The position numbers and the translations under genes are program-made. This document shows, piece after piece, positions 48,460-60,598 of a DNA stretch of 64,000 nt. Source of the stretch: Scyliorhinus canicula (taxonomy: Eukaryota); the NCBI RefSeq assembly GCF_902713615.1, contig NC_052158.1:30297990-30361989 (forward strand), read 5' to 3'. Every line of letters begins with the position of its first letter. Within the stretch, counting starts at the first letter, position 1. The notes beneath the pieces are model-generated. The model had not been told where the DNA came from. It worked only from the letters and a program-made list of their open reading frames with translations, and did no database searches.

Positions 48460-49060
48460 ATAAACTCAGCAGGTTAAGTCATTCCTTGGTTTACTGGGGA
48501 AGGTAAGCTAGAGTATTGAATTAAAGTAGTAGTTAGATTGACGATTGCGATGATATTAGTGATCAGCAAAGCGCCACAAAAATATAAGAGGAAACATGGA
48601 AGATGAGAGCAAACAGTCAGGAAAAAAAAAACAATTGTAAGAGCCGTTACAACTACATGAAAAGAAGAGTTGACATAAACTTTGGTCCCTTAGAGGTAAA
48701 TACACGTACATTATCATGGAGAATGAAAAAATGGCAGGGACATTAAATAAATATTTTGACTGTATCCTGACTGTAGGAGACAGAAAACAAATGTCATAAG
48801 TAGAGCGGCATGTACGGGCGAATTAGGTGATTAATATCAGAAGAATAAAAGTATTGGAAGCAATAAATGATGAAAATCTAACAGTCCCTCTGGATCAAAT
48901 GCCTGCATCCCACAATTCTAGAAGAACTAGTCGCAGAGTTAGTGGCAGCGCTCCCAATTATTTTCCAAAAAATCCTTGATAATCGATCTTCCCAGAAGGT
49001 TGGAGGTTATCAAATTATACTCTGTTATTCAAGAAAGGAGATAAAAGGAAGTTGTACAAA
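48460..49060 (+). mobile_element. old CR1 ORF2 relic
   Basis: Decayed GSNCLHPTIL..LVAELV..LPIIFQKS-type sequence. Confidence 0.55.
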
Positions 49061-49088
49061 ACTTGAATATTGCTAACAAAAAGACGCA

Positions 49089-49122
49089 TGTCAATGCTTT
49101 TCGTCTTGCTTTCATCAGGACA
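49089..49122 (-). ncRNA. decayed minimal hammerhead ribozyme motif (Penelope-type)
   Basis: Minus strand TGTC-CTGATGA-AAGCAAGAC-GAA-AAGCAT-T-GACA; stem I intact, stems II and III mutated. Confidence 0.55.
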
Positions 49123-50058
49123 CTGAAAATGAATATCAGTATGAGATGAAAGCATCTATTTATACAGTATATCCATTTTACAATAAATCAGTAGTCTCTT
49201 CTCACAGTATAAGTTCACGGTGTGCGAACAACAAATTTACAAACATACGTTTTTTACCATGCAAACTTTGCAATAGCAATATATATATATATATATAAAA
49301 ATGATACAACCTTTGGAGCGTCGTCCTGGGCTTGGAAAACAAGTATACCTACAATTGTTGTTCGTCCCCGTGGATTAGGGAGGAGTAATATGCTAAATGT
49401 CACACTCTTGATAAGTGCCTGACGACGGCTGCTTGAACAGTGCATGAATGCCAAAATCACTGAAGGACCCGGACCCCGTAATTTCGCATTTATCAATGGC
49501 CAATTGCGACAGCAACATGAAATGTGACCATTATTTCAATGACGTGCCAACTTCAGGATTACATTGTGTATGGGAAATCAATGCATTAGGTGGATTGATG
49601 CGAGTACGAGGATGTCAATTGGCTCCGCAACCTATACACACAATATTGGTATCATGACATGTAGCCTGAAGATCCCGTTACAACCAATTGGCGGCATTGC
49701 AATTTTTACATACAAGCAATTAGTTGCATTGCATTACTGATAATAAAACTTGCAGCCCATTCCTGTTTTAACCATTTTTTTCCAACTGAGGTCAGATCCT
49801 CTTTAGAAACTTGCACAACTGTCATGGTGCGGAAATTGTAATTCTTACGTTGTGAGGCAATGCTCATAAGTCCTCTATATGTCAAAAAGGCTCTTAAGTG
49901 GGAGATCTGATAATTGTTTGATTACTTAGGATACATTTGAATCCAGGTTAGATTACTGATAGTCTACACTTAATTGTGCTTTTACTATTGGATATCAAAC
50001 CTGCACCAGAAACATTCCATAAATAAACATGAATTAATTGTCACTTAACGGATGTCAC

Positions 50059-50643
50059 TGTCATGTGAGAGTGCCTTTAAGAATTGGATGTTTAAGAAAT
50101 GTACCTTCAAGAAATGAAGCTGATCATATTACTTAAGTGATGTCACGGGGGGGGGGGGGGGGGGGTAGCTGAGCTCACTTCTGCTTTTTGGGAGTTCTAG
50201 TTTCAGTTTGAAGAAAGCTTGGGTGTGGCTGTGAGCTGCATTGCTGGTGATCTCTGCCATGAAGGACTATCTCTTAATCCTTTGGTGAAATCGGAATTTA
50301 AAAAAGGTCTCAATATTGAATATAAATCTAATGTGTCTCTGTTTGAAGAATTTGTTACGTTTTTTGGACGTGTAAAGGAACAGTTTGCAGGATTGAGTAG
50401 TGTTGTATTATTTTCGGGGTTATCTTTGAAGTAAGTGGTGTTAAGAGATCCAATGTGTATTTAAAAGGATAATTTGAGTTCATGGAATAAACATTGTTTT
50501 GTTTTAAAAACCACGTGTCCATAATTCTAATACTACACCCGGGGAACAAGCCGCATGCTTCAAAAGCAACAATCCATTAAAGGTGGGGGTTGGTTGAACT
50601 CCATGATACATTTTGGGGTTCTGAAAACACCTCTCTCGTAACA
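50059..50643 (+). repeat. 5' LTR
   Basis: Direct repeat of 54967-55541. Confidence 0.95.
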
Positions 50644-53600
50644 ATTGGGGGCTCGAAGGGGATAAAATACCTATTGGATTGGCTTTTGTGAACTTAAAGA
50701 CAGTGAAGGATTGTTGCTTTTCCGGTGTGGTGTTTTAGTTTAAGTGTATTGTGGACAATGGCTCTTTCAGAGGCTCAGAAGATTTTGGGGGTGGAGATTG
50801 TCACACGCAGTACCTTACGGACAGAGACTAAAGGCAGACTGTTAGATTTGGCAAAAACATTGCAGTTAATATTACCTGACAAAATGCGAAAAGATGAGGT
50901 AATTATGGCGGTGGCTAAGCATTTAAAGTTGCCTGAGATACAGATTGACTGATTGGAAATGGCAAAACTTTCAGTTGCAAATTAAACTAATGGAAAATGA
51001 GAAAGAATTAAAGCGGCTTGAAAGCGAAAGTGAGAGAGGGGAAAAAGAAAAGGTGAAAGAAGAAAGGAGAAAAGAAAGAATAACCCTAGCAGAACAAAAA
51101 GAAAGAGAAAGGGAGATGCAGATCAGGGAAAAAGATAAAGAGAGTTTGAACGTCAGAAAATGGCCATGAAACAAGACAGTCAGTTCTAATTGGCAGATGT
51201 AAAGGGAAACGTACAGTTGGATGATAGTGATGAGGATAGTGAAAAAGAGCGTCAAAGTCGAAGGCGTGGCAGAGATCTATTTAAACATGTCCAAGCATTG
51301 CCAAGGTTTGATGAGAAGGAAGTGGAAGCCTTTTTCATTTCATTTGAGAAGGTAGCTAAACAAATGAAATGGCCACAGGTCATGTGGGTGTTACTAATTC
51401 AAACAAAGCTGATAGGTAGAGCTTGCGAAGTGTTTGCATCAGTACCAGAGGAGGTATCTGGAACATATGAGGAGGTGAATAAATCCATCTTAAGTGCATG
51501 TGAGCTAGTGCCTGAAGCCGACAGACAAGGGTTTAGAAATTGAAGGAAAGAATTTGGTCAAACATACATGGAGTTTGAAAGGCTCAAACAGATTAATTTT
51601 GATAGGTGGATAAGGGCTTTCAAAATAGACCAAAAGTATGAAGCTCTCAGAGAAATTATATTTTTGGAGGAGTTTAAAAATTCAATTTCTGATGTAGAGA
51701 GACCTCATGTGGAAGAACAGGCTTAAAAGGTTGGAAAGTCCAGTGAAGAGAGGTGAAGTGGTAGCAGGAGTAATAGATAAACCATCTTGTCCAGGAATAC
51801 AGTTTATCTTCGGTAATCATATCGATGGATCGCAGGTGGGAGTGATGCCTACTGTAGTTGATACGCCAGTGGAAAATCAGACAGCTGAAGTATTGAAGGA
51901 CGAATATCCTGGGATTTTTCCGGATTGTGTAGTAACAAGTTTGCAAAGTCACAGGTTAAGCCAAGAAGTGAAAACAAGGAGTGAGGATAAAGTTGAAGTG
52001 CAATTATCAGAAACAATTTTTGATCTGATGGTTGAAAAAAAACAAGAACAGGTGGAGGATAAGGCGGATATTGTTTAGTTCAGGAACATTGGCGGTGTTA
52101 TAACAGAAAGATGTAGAAATAAAACGGATATATCAGAAAGCATATACAGAAGAGGAATCTGAGAGTATACCAGAGTGTTATTACCGTAAAAGTGTTGTCT
52201 TGATGAGAAAATGGAGACCTGTACATATCAGGCGGATGAAAAGTGGGCAGACGTTTGGGAAAATTGGCGGGGTTATAACAGAAAGATATAGAAATAAAAC
52301 GATGTATCAGAAAGTATGGATGGTAAAGGAATCTGAGTGTATGCCAGAGTGCTATTACCATAGAAGTGATGTCTTAATGAGAAAATGGAGACCTTTACAC
52401 ATGCAGGCGGATGACAACTAGACAGAAGTTCATCAATTAGTATTGCCGGTAGGGTATAGAAAGGAGGTGTTGCGAGTTGCACATGAGGTACCAGTGGGAG
52501 GTCATTTGATATAAGGAAAACTCAAGCTGAAATACAAAAATATTTTTATTGGCTTGGACTACATAAAGATGTTGTTAAATGTTGTCAATCATGTCACACA
52601 TGTCAAGTGATAGGGAAACATCAAGCAGTGATTAAACTAGCGCCCTTAATACCCATTCCAGCATTAGTGGAACATTTTACGAGGGTCCTAATTGATTGTG
52701 CAAAGTGGGAATCAATATCTTTTGACTATTATGAATGTGTCTACTAGGTTTCCAGAGGCCATTCCTGTACGTAATATTACAGCTAAAAAGATTGTGGAGG
52801 AGTTACTTAAATTCTTTGCTAGATATGGAGTAGCCACAGAAATACAATCGGGTCAAGGATCACCCTCAAGGTTATTCAAAGAAGTTATGGGTAGCTTTGG
52901 ATTAAAACAATTTAAATCAACTTGCGTGCCATCCAGAATCGCAGGGAGCGTTAGAAAGGTGGCATCAGACATTAAAGACAATGTTGAGGGCTTATTGTCA
53001 AGATTAGCCAGAGGACTGGGATAAAGGAATTCCATTTGTACTGTTTGCAATTAAGGATGCACCTAATGAGTCAACCAAATTTAGTCCATTTGAACTAATT
53101 TTTGGTCATGAGGTAAGAGTCCACTTAAATTGATTAAAGAAAAATTGGTGGGTGAGAAATCTGAAATTACACTATTGGGTTACGTGTCAAATTTTAGGGA
53201 ACGTGTAGAGCAGGTGAATTGGCTGGACAACATTTGAAAGTGGCACAAAATGTGATTAAACGGGTAGCGGACAAGAAATCCACATTTCGTAGTTTAGCAA
53301 GTGGAGATAAAGTTTTAGTGTTGTTACCAGTGGTAGAGGAGCCTTTAAAAGCTAGGTTTTGTGGACTGTATCAGATTGAAAGGAAATTAAGTGAGGTGAA
53401 CTATATGGTAAAACCATCAGATAGAAGGAAGACTCACTGTGTATCATGTAAAAGGTACTTGAAAGGGAGGAGAGAAAAAGGAAGTTTTAATGATTCTAAC
53501 TCAAAGTGACGAACCAAATCCAGATGTCTGTGAATTTGACATACCTCAAATTAAATTGGAAAATGAGGATGTTCGCAAAAATTGGGATGAATTATTAAGT

Positions 53601-54966
53601 TACCTTCCAGAAGAAAAATGAACTGACCTGAAAGAGTTATTGATATCACATGGGCAAGTTTGTAGTGATAAATTGGGAAGTACTAAAATAGCTATACATG
53701 ATGTAGATGTGGGAAATACTGTTCCGATCAAACAACATCCATATAGATTTAACCCTTTAAAATTGGCACAGGTTAACAAAGAGATTGAGAGCATGCTTAA
53801 AAATGGCATAATTGAAGTGGGTTGCAGCCAATGAAGCGCACCCATAGTGATGATACCTAAACCAGACGGTACCCAACGGTTGTGTGGACTATCGAAAGGT
53901 GAATGCAGTTACAAGAACGGTCTCTTATCCTATCCCACGTTTCGAGGATTGCATTGAGAAAGTGGGACAATCTGCTTTTATTTCAAAATTGGATTTACTG
54001 AAAGGTTACTGGCAAGTACCTTTATCTGAAAGGGCAAAGGAAATTTCAGCTTTTGTGACTCCAGATGGCATATACCAGTTCAAAGTGAATTTGGAAAAGG
54101 CCAAGTCACTTTCCTTGGCCATACAATCGGACAGGGTCGAATGGTCCCACGGGATGTGAAAACGAAAGTTATTGGGGAGTTTCCGATACCCTCGACACGA
54201 CGGGAAATATTGCGGTTTCTTGGAATGAGTGGATTTTACCGGAAATTTGTACCCAATTTTAGCAGTGTGGTCACTCCACTGACGACTTGCTCAAGAAGCG
54301 TAACAAATTCCAGTGGGTAGCGGAGTGTCAACAGGCATTTGACGGCCTGAAAGCTGTGTTAACCACTGCTCCTGTGTTCGTCATCCTAAATTATACCAAA
54401 CAATTCAACGTGGCTATTGATGCGAGTGATGTGGGCGGAGGTGCGGTGCTTGTGCAAGATGACGACAAAGGGCTGGAGCGGCCTGTTGCTGATTTTTCAA
54501 AGAAATTGAATTCTCATCAGAAAACGTATTCAACGATTGAGATGGAGACTTTGAGTTTGGTGCTGGCTTTGCAACAATTTCACATTTATGCGATTAGCAA
54601 TCTACCTGACACCATTTTATATATACTGATCATAATCATTTGACGTTTTTGGAGCGATTCTGGAATAACAATGCAAGGCTGTTTGGCTGGAGTTTATTGT
54701 TAGAGCAATTGCATTTAAAAATAATACATGTGGCAGGACGGGAAAATGTGATAGCCGATGCTTTGTCACGAATGTGATGAACGGAAGGATTTCGGTTGGA
54801 GGAAGAAAAACTGGAAAGATGTACTTTATTATTATGCCTGTTTGCGTGTGTTGTTTTTTTTAAACGAAAACGTATGTTTACTGTGTGCATTTCTTAGTGG
54901 ATGGGGCAAAAGTGAAAAGTGAAACAATCTTGAAGTTGATGGTTTATTTTCTTTCTTGGGGGGAGG

Positions 54967-55541
54967 TGTCATGTGAGAGTGCCTTTAAGAATTGGATGTT
55001 TAAGAAATGTACCTTGAAGAAATGCAGCTGATCATATTACTGAAGTGATGTCAAGGGGGGGTGGGGAGCTGAGCTCACTTCTGCTTTTTGGGATTTTAGT
55101 TTTAGTTTGAAGAAAGCTTGGGTGTGGCTGTGAGCTGCATTGCTGGTTATCTCTGCCATGAAGGACTATCTCTTAATCCTTTGGTGAAATCGGAATTGGA
55201 AAAAGGTCTCAGTATTTAATATAAATCTAATGTGTTTCTGTTTGAAGGTTTTGTTAAGTATTTTGGATGTTTAAAGGAACAGTTTGCAGGATTGGTTAGT
55301 GTTGTCTTATTTTCGGGGTTATCTTTGATGTAGGGGTGTTAAGAGATCCAATGTTTATTTAAAATGTTCATTTGAGTTCATGGAATAAATATTGTTTTGT
55401 TTTAAAATCCACGTGTCCGTAATTGTAATACTACACCTGGGGAACAAGCCGTGTGCTTCAAAAGCAACAATCCATTAAATGTGGGGGTTGGTTGAACTCC
55501 ATGATACATTTTGGGGTTCTGAAAACACCTCTCCCATAACA
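54967..55541 (+). repeat. 3' LTR
   Basis: Preceded by PPT ggggggagg; direct repeat of 50059-50643. Confidence 0.95.
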
Positions 55542-55994
55542 TTGCACAGATAATAAAGTAATATTTATTAATTTATCCAGCATACATCATTCATCCAGTT
55601 ATATAGCACATTGCCAACAGAATCCAGCACCCCATCGTTCGTGGGCACGTTGTTTTAGCACGTTGAACTGATTTGTTTGGAATTATCCAAGGATATACTT
55701 AGTGAGTAAGATTTTACAAATTTGAAGCGAAGAGGCGCAGGTTTTCATTTCATACTTATCTTCGCGCATCACACCCACTATGCCATGTATTTCCCACAGG
55801 CACCTGTTTTTCTGCATAGTCAACTGCCTCCAAAGAAAACAACGACGCGGTAATGAGATTCAAACGGGATTTTTTTCAGTCATACACCTTATTCGCATTC
55901 TGTAAAAGTTCATAAAATGAATAATCTTGAAAGGATTTTCTCAAAATGTACAAATTCAATCAGGTATCAACCTATTTGCTTGCTGCTTCACTTA

Positions 55995-56740
55995 AACATC
56001 AACAGATTACCCACTGGGACATGTTTGACCCTCTGGAATTGGGTGGAGCAGTTCGTCAGATATTGTCTTTCGCCCCATTGGGACTGGGTATAGCAGGGTA
56101 TCAGACACTGTATCTCCCCCCCCCCCTCCCCCACCACCCTCCTCGGCACTGGGTATGACAGGTGGACAGATGCTGACCGTTTCACCCTCTTGAACCGGGG
56201 GAGATAGTGGACGAGACAGTTCGATAGCCATTTAGGATATCGCATTGGATCAGGCACTGCCCTTTCTCCCCTCTGGCACTGGGTGGTACAGAGGGTCAGA
56301 CACTGTTATTTCCCCCTTTTGGATAGTATTAGGCAGTGTGTCAGACACTGTCCTTTCCACTTCTGCGACTGGGTGGGGCAATGGGTCACACACTCTCCTT
56401 TCCCGCTCTGGAACGAGATGGGGCAGTCTGTCAGGCTTTGTTCTTTACAGTCTGTCTGGCTGGGAGAGTGAGTGAAGTACTATCATTTCCTCCTCTGGGA
56501 TTGTGTGGGACAGTAGATGAAAACTGACGTTTGCACCTCTGGGACGGGGTGGGACAATAGTTGAAACACTGTCCTTTTACGCCCTTGTACTAGTGGGCCA
56601 GAGGGCCAGATACTATCGGTTCACGCTCAGGAACCGAGTCCGATTGTGAGTCAGACGCTTCCATTTCCTCAACAGTGGAAATTGGGACGGTGGTTCAGTT
56701 ACTGGTCTTTCCCCCTCTGGGACTGGCTGGCACTGTTATC
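55995..56740. repeat. degenerate minisatellite, unit about 43-45 bp
   Basis: Recurrent ctctgggactgggtgggacag...tcagacactgtcctttccc motif. Confidence 0.75.
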
Positions 56741-58212
56741 AGTCATCTTTCTCTTTGCCATCTGAGATTGAAAGTTGCTGGGAGTCAGAAACTCTTATTT
56801 TTCCCATCTGAGCTTGGGTGGCGTAGTGAGTAACTTCTTTCTTCCGAGTCTGTGTGCTGTGCAGGTGCAGATCATTTGCTTTTATCTCCCGGACTGGGGT
56901 GGACAGTGATATAGATCGAGAATAATTGACTAAATAGTTTGATGCTTTTTGCATGTTTAACATTGAGTGAGACTCATGGCGATGAGGCTGCGATTTTAAA
57001 GGTGTGTTTTTGTGCACCATGTAACCGAATGAGGCTAAAATTCACTGGTTTTAAAACATCCACGTTTAAACGGCCTCTTGAAATATATCTCTGGCTTCAG
57101 TGGCCGGTGAGGACATCAGCGCGCAGGCTACAGTTTCGTCACCAAATTATCAACTGCATTTGAAGAAAAATAATGTTTTCAGTGTTGTTGATGACAGAAG
57201 CTTTAGGCCTTGCAACTAGCTTGGAAATAATTAGCATTGTGCTGCTGGATATACTTGCATAGAGTCACGTGCTTCTACTGTGCAACCAAACAGACAGAGT
57301 CGCGTGTTTACTCATATAATGGAACATTTACAAAACAGAGATTATCTAGATACTTCATTATCCTAAGATTAGTAGTCATTATGTGTTGTGTGTCTACATC
57401 GGATATTGTGCTTCTGCCTTTTTGTGGTCAGGGCGAATGGGGGCCGTGGTTGGGTGATGGTGCGTGGGCGGAGTATGGGGATATGGCGTAGCCTTCAACA
57501 TCCAACGGCTGGATTCTTGGGAAATCACGAGTGACCAGAAAGGTTTGTCAGTGCAACAGTGATTTTCCGATGAATGACGGTTTCTATGGGTGCACCGAAG
57601 ACTCTGGGCCAGTATGCACTTTCAGCAACAGCAAAGAGCTGTCTTCATTTGTGGCGGGAGCAAATGTTTCACTCGTGCTGTTTTTTTTTTTTATCTCTGC
57701 GGCTGCCTTCAGCAGTTCCTCCATTGGATATTCTCCCGCATTCTGCTGTTTTAAATTCAAAAAATATATACATTAGAATGATCTGCTTATTTCACTCAGA
57801 CAGAATTCAGAGCGACAAACACTTAATTTCCAACTCGTGATTTTTTTTTCACACAAATGGTTATACGAACTATTTTCTTCATTAACAGGTCTGTCGTGGC
57901 TCAGTAAGTAGCACTTTAACTTCTTAGTCACGAGGTGGTCACTTCAATGCCATCCAAGAGAAATGTAGGCTCTGTTGACCTCTGGTTAGACTCCAATTAG
58001 AGGATTTCACTCAATTATGGGCAATACACCCAGCAAGGGCCTGGTACAACATAGCTGCACCAGATTTTACAGTGGGGGAAATGACTTAAATTATGAGGGC
58101 AGATTGCATATTTGCCTATTTATTCCCTTGCGTGGAGAATACTAATAGGCCAATTGATAAAGGTGGTTAAGGTAGTTTTCAAGTATTTGTAAAGTACAAA
58201 GAGCGAAACTAA

Positions 58213-58391
58213 TGAAATGAAATGAAAATCGCTATTGTCACAAGTAGGCTTTAAATGAAGTTACTGTGAAAAGCCCCTCGTCGCCACATTCCGGCGCATG
58301 TTCGGGGAGGCTAGTACGGGAATTGAACCGTGCTGCTGGCCTGCCTTCGTCTGCTTTCAAAGCCAGCGATTTACCCCTGTGCTAAACAGCC
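58213..58391 (-). mobile_element. short SINE with (TTTCA)n tail
   Basis: Same family as 32849-33026. Confidence 0.9.
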
Positions 58392-58528
58392 TTCATGACC
58401 CATTGATGATAGAGTTCAGGACGAAATGTCTGGGTTGCGACATTGAAATTAGAGCTAAAGAGTTTTTTCTTGATAACAGAAAGCACTCTTTCGAACAGGA
58501 GCGAGTGAAAATTTCTGAAAAAGAGACA

Positions 58529-58562
58529 TGTCGAAGCTTTTAGTCTTGCACTCATCAGGGCA
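58529..58562 (-). ncRNA. decayed minimal hammerhead ribozyme motif (Penelope-type)
   Basis: Minus strand TGCC-CTGATGA-GTGCAAGAC-TAA-AAGCTT-C-GACA; palindromic stem III AAGCTT, core G12 mutated to T. Confidence 0.6.
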
Positions 58563-58625
58563 CTTCGCAAGAAGGCCAGGATAAGGGAACAACAAGTTTC
58601 TCCTTACGCTGGAATTCTTACCCTG

Positions 58626-59532
58626 TGTTGCTCGCTCTGGGTGAGTGTGCTTTACACTCAATTTGGCTCTGTTTCGTTCCTTAGCTCAAGAGTCGCCAGG
58701 TATCGTTAAGATACCGCCACAAGTTTCAAGTTCAAGTTCAGACCAATAACTTCATACACCAGTTAGTAAGTTCAAACACGACACGTTTATTATAATAATT
58801 ATCTACTAATTATGCATATAAAACTACAAGACTAGGCTAATCCTACCACTAACAGGCCAATACTTATCTGGAATGAGGGAACTGCCAGATCAGGGAACAA
58901 CGACCTCTAGCTTTGTCCTGGATCCGCAGGCTTCCAGTCGGTGTGGACTAAAGGGGTCAGGAGTGTCTACACTCGTCGCGTGCGTTGTGTGCTACTTACT
59001 TGGTGGCGGCTGCTGACCAAGCCTCCTCTTCTCAAGGTCTTCTGCTGCAACGGTGGTCAAGGAGAGGGCTGGCTTAGAGGAGCTGGTCAAGAGAAAGAGA
59101 ACTGGGGTCGGGGTCTCTGTCTTATACCTCTCCCAGGGTCTCGCGCCCACTTGGGCGGATCCTCTATACGCTCGCAATCGATTGGGTCCTTCCCAATCGA
59201 TTGATTTGAATTCCCCAATAACGGGGCAGTCCCTCTATCACTGGGCGGTTCTTGGGGCTTATTGTTTTGGACTTCTTTTGGCGCTGAGCAGTCTGGCCTT
59301 CTATTCAATGTAGCGATTTGAGTTAACTTGTTTCCATTGTACCTGGGAATCACTGGTTATCGCCTCATTAGTATGCTAACTTGTTTTCTTTCGCAGTGCT
59401 GTCTGGTTTCTGCAGCAGTCAGAATACACAAGCACTTTTGCAAGCTGCTTGCTTTTGCAACATGTCCATTTTCCCTGCATTCTTTGTAATCTTCCATTTT
59501 GTGTTGGGCAGTGGCCACCCCAGGTGGCTACA
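58626..59532 (-). repeat. 3' LTR (about 907 bp)
   Basis: Starts TGTAGC after the PPT, ends GCAACA; contains AATAAA; partner LTR not in window, so the outer end is inferred from the terminal inverted repeat. Confidence 0.75.
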
Positions 59533-59885
59533 CTCCCTCCTTGTGATCTTCGTGAGAAATCATGAAGGATCACCCAAGTTCGGTGTCTTTGTGTTCCCTG
59601 ACCTCAGCGAGTCCCATGGCCTCTACACTTTCCTCAATTATGGCACAACATTTTATCGAACAGTCTCTGGTTGGCGATATGTCAAAGGGGACATGCATTA
59701 CTAGGGAACCTCTAACTATCCTTTGTAAACTACACTCCTTTACACATTTAAACATTCCAACTTCCTATCCTTAAAACATTATCATCATTACATTCCATTT
59801 CTGGCTCGGCAGTCGAGCTCAGAACATCACAATACGTCAGAAAAAGTCTTTATTTACAACAGCAACTTAAAAATCAAATCATTCA

Positions 59886-60224
59886 TTACACATCAAGGGG
59901 TTGGGGGATCTGGTGGAAGCCGAAAATAGGGGATTGTACTCTGCATATGGCCGAGGCGCGAGAGCGGGAGGCTCTCCTTCTCCATTTCCTTAACCTAAGT
60001 GTCTGTACTACGATGCAGAGAACTGCTATCGCCAAAAGTTATTCTACAACATATGATAGGGAGTACCAATTCATAAATTCTGTGCACCAGGTTGGGTCAA
60101 CGCTGTTCGTTACTGGGCTTTGAGTAGTCGGTGTTTGGGAAACATTAACGGCCGGGGTGGGTGTAAAGGGATTTCAGGTCACATGCAATACAAAAGTGAG
60201 GAAGAAAAATACAATGGCTGTCAT
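59886..60224 (-). pseudogene. retroelement accessory ORF-B: small mucin-like type I membrane protein with two in-frame stops
   Basis: MTAIVFFFLTFVLHVT*NPFTPTPAVNVSQTPTTQSPVTNSVDPTWCTEFMNWYSLSYVVE*LLAIAVLCIVVQTLRLRKWRRRASRSR...; signal peptide, T/P-rich ectodomain, TM, polybasic tail, all in one frame. Confidence 0.7.
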
Positions 60225-60598
60225 CTTTCTTCTCTCTTCTCTTGCTTCTGTTTTTTTTTCTTGTTGATCTTGCTCTGATCCTGCTTTGGTCCCTCCTTCG
60301 AACGTTCGAAAGCTAGGGGATCAAGCATAGTATCTGTCAATGATCCGTTTAATACCTTTAATGCTAGTGTATCTGTCCTATTATTCCAATTGTCCCTTAA
60401 ATGAATGGCCAAGTCACTCCCTGTGACTCCCCTCATTTTTTTTTCAAAGGCGAATTTAGGACCAGACATACACTTAACCACTGTGTTACTGCGAGCCGTC
60501 TCGCAGGTTTTGCGATTTACCATCCCAATGGTCCTGGATGTAAATAGCAAAAGGAGTGGCAACCGAAGGGCTACCTCAAACAAAACAAATGAAACCAA
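60221..60598 (-). CDS. retroelement accessory ORF-A, unknown function, K/E-rich C-terminus
   Basis: 125 open codons (first ATG at 60523) whose TGA overlaps the ORF-B ATG (ATGA). Confidence 0.45.
   Translation of the reverse strand: MVSFVLFEVALRLPLLLLFTSRTIGMVNRKTCETARSNTVVKCMSGPKFAFEKKMRGVTGSDLAIHLRDNWNNRTDTLALKVLNGSLTDTMLDPLAFERSKEGPKQDQSKINKKKKQKQEKREER

Larger units (their letters stand above)
50059..55541 (+). mobile_element. Gmr1-like Gypsy LTR retrotransposon (gag, IN before RT-RH), decayed
   Basis: LTRs 50059-50643 and 54967-55541 (TGTCATG...TAACA), tRNA-Pro-like PBS TTGGGGGCTCG, PPT. Gag (LPRFDEKEVEAFFISFEKVA), integrase (52490-53100, TRFPEAIP) upstream of RT (DYRKVNAVT, KLDLLKGYWQVP) and RNase H (IDASDVGGGAVLVQ). 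Confidence 0.95.

Noticed and set aside
55800-55849. Splice-bounded 50-nt segment
   Set aside because: No homology or partner exons identifiable
57432-57542. Possible TM exon of a third paralogue (cag|...CAGAAAG|GTTTGT, shares TGGTGCGT with the real TM exon)
   Set aside because: In-frame stop and no hydrophobic helix in any frame
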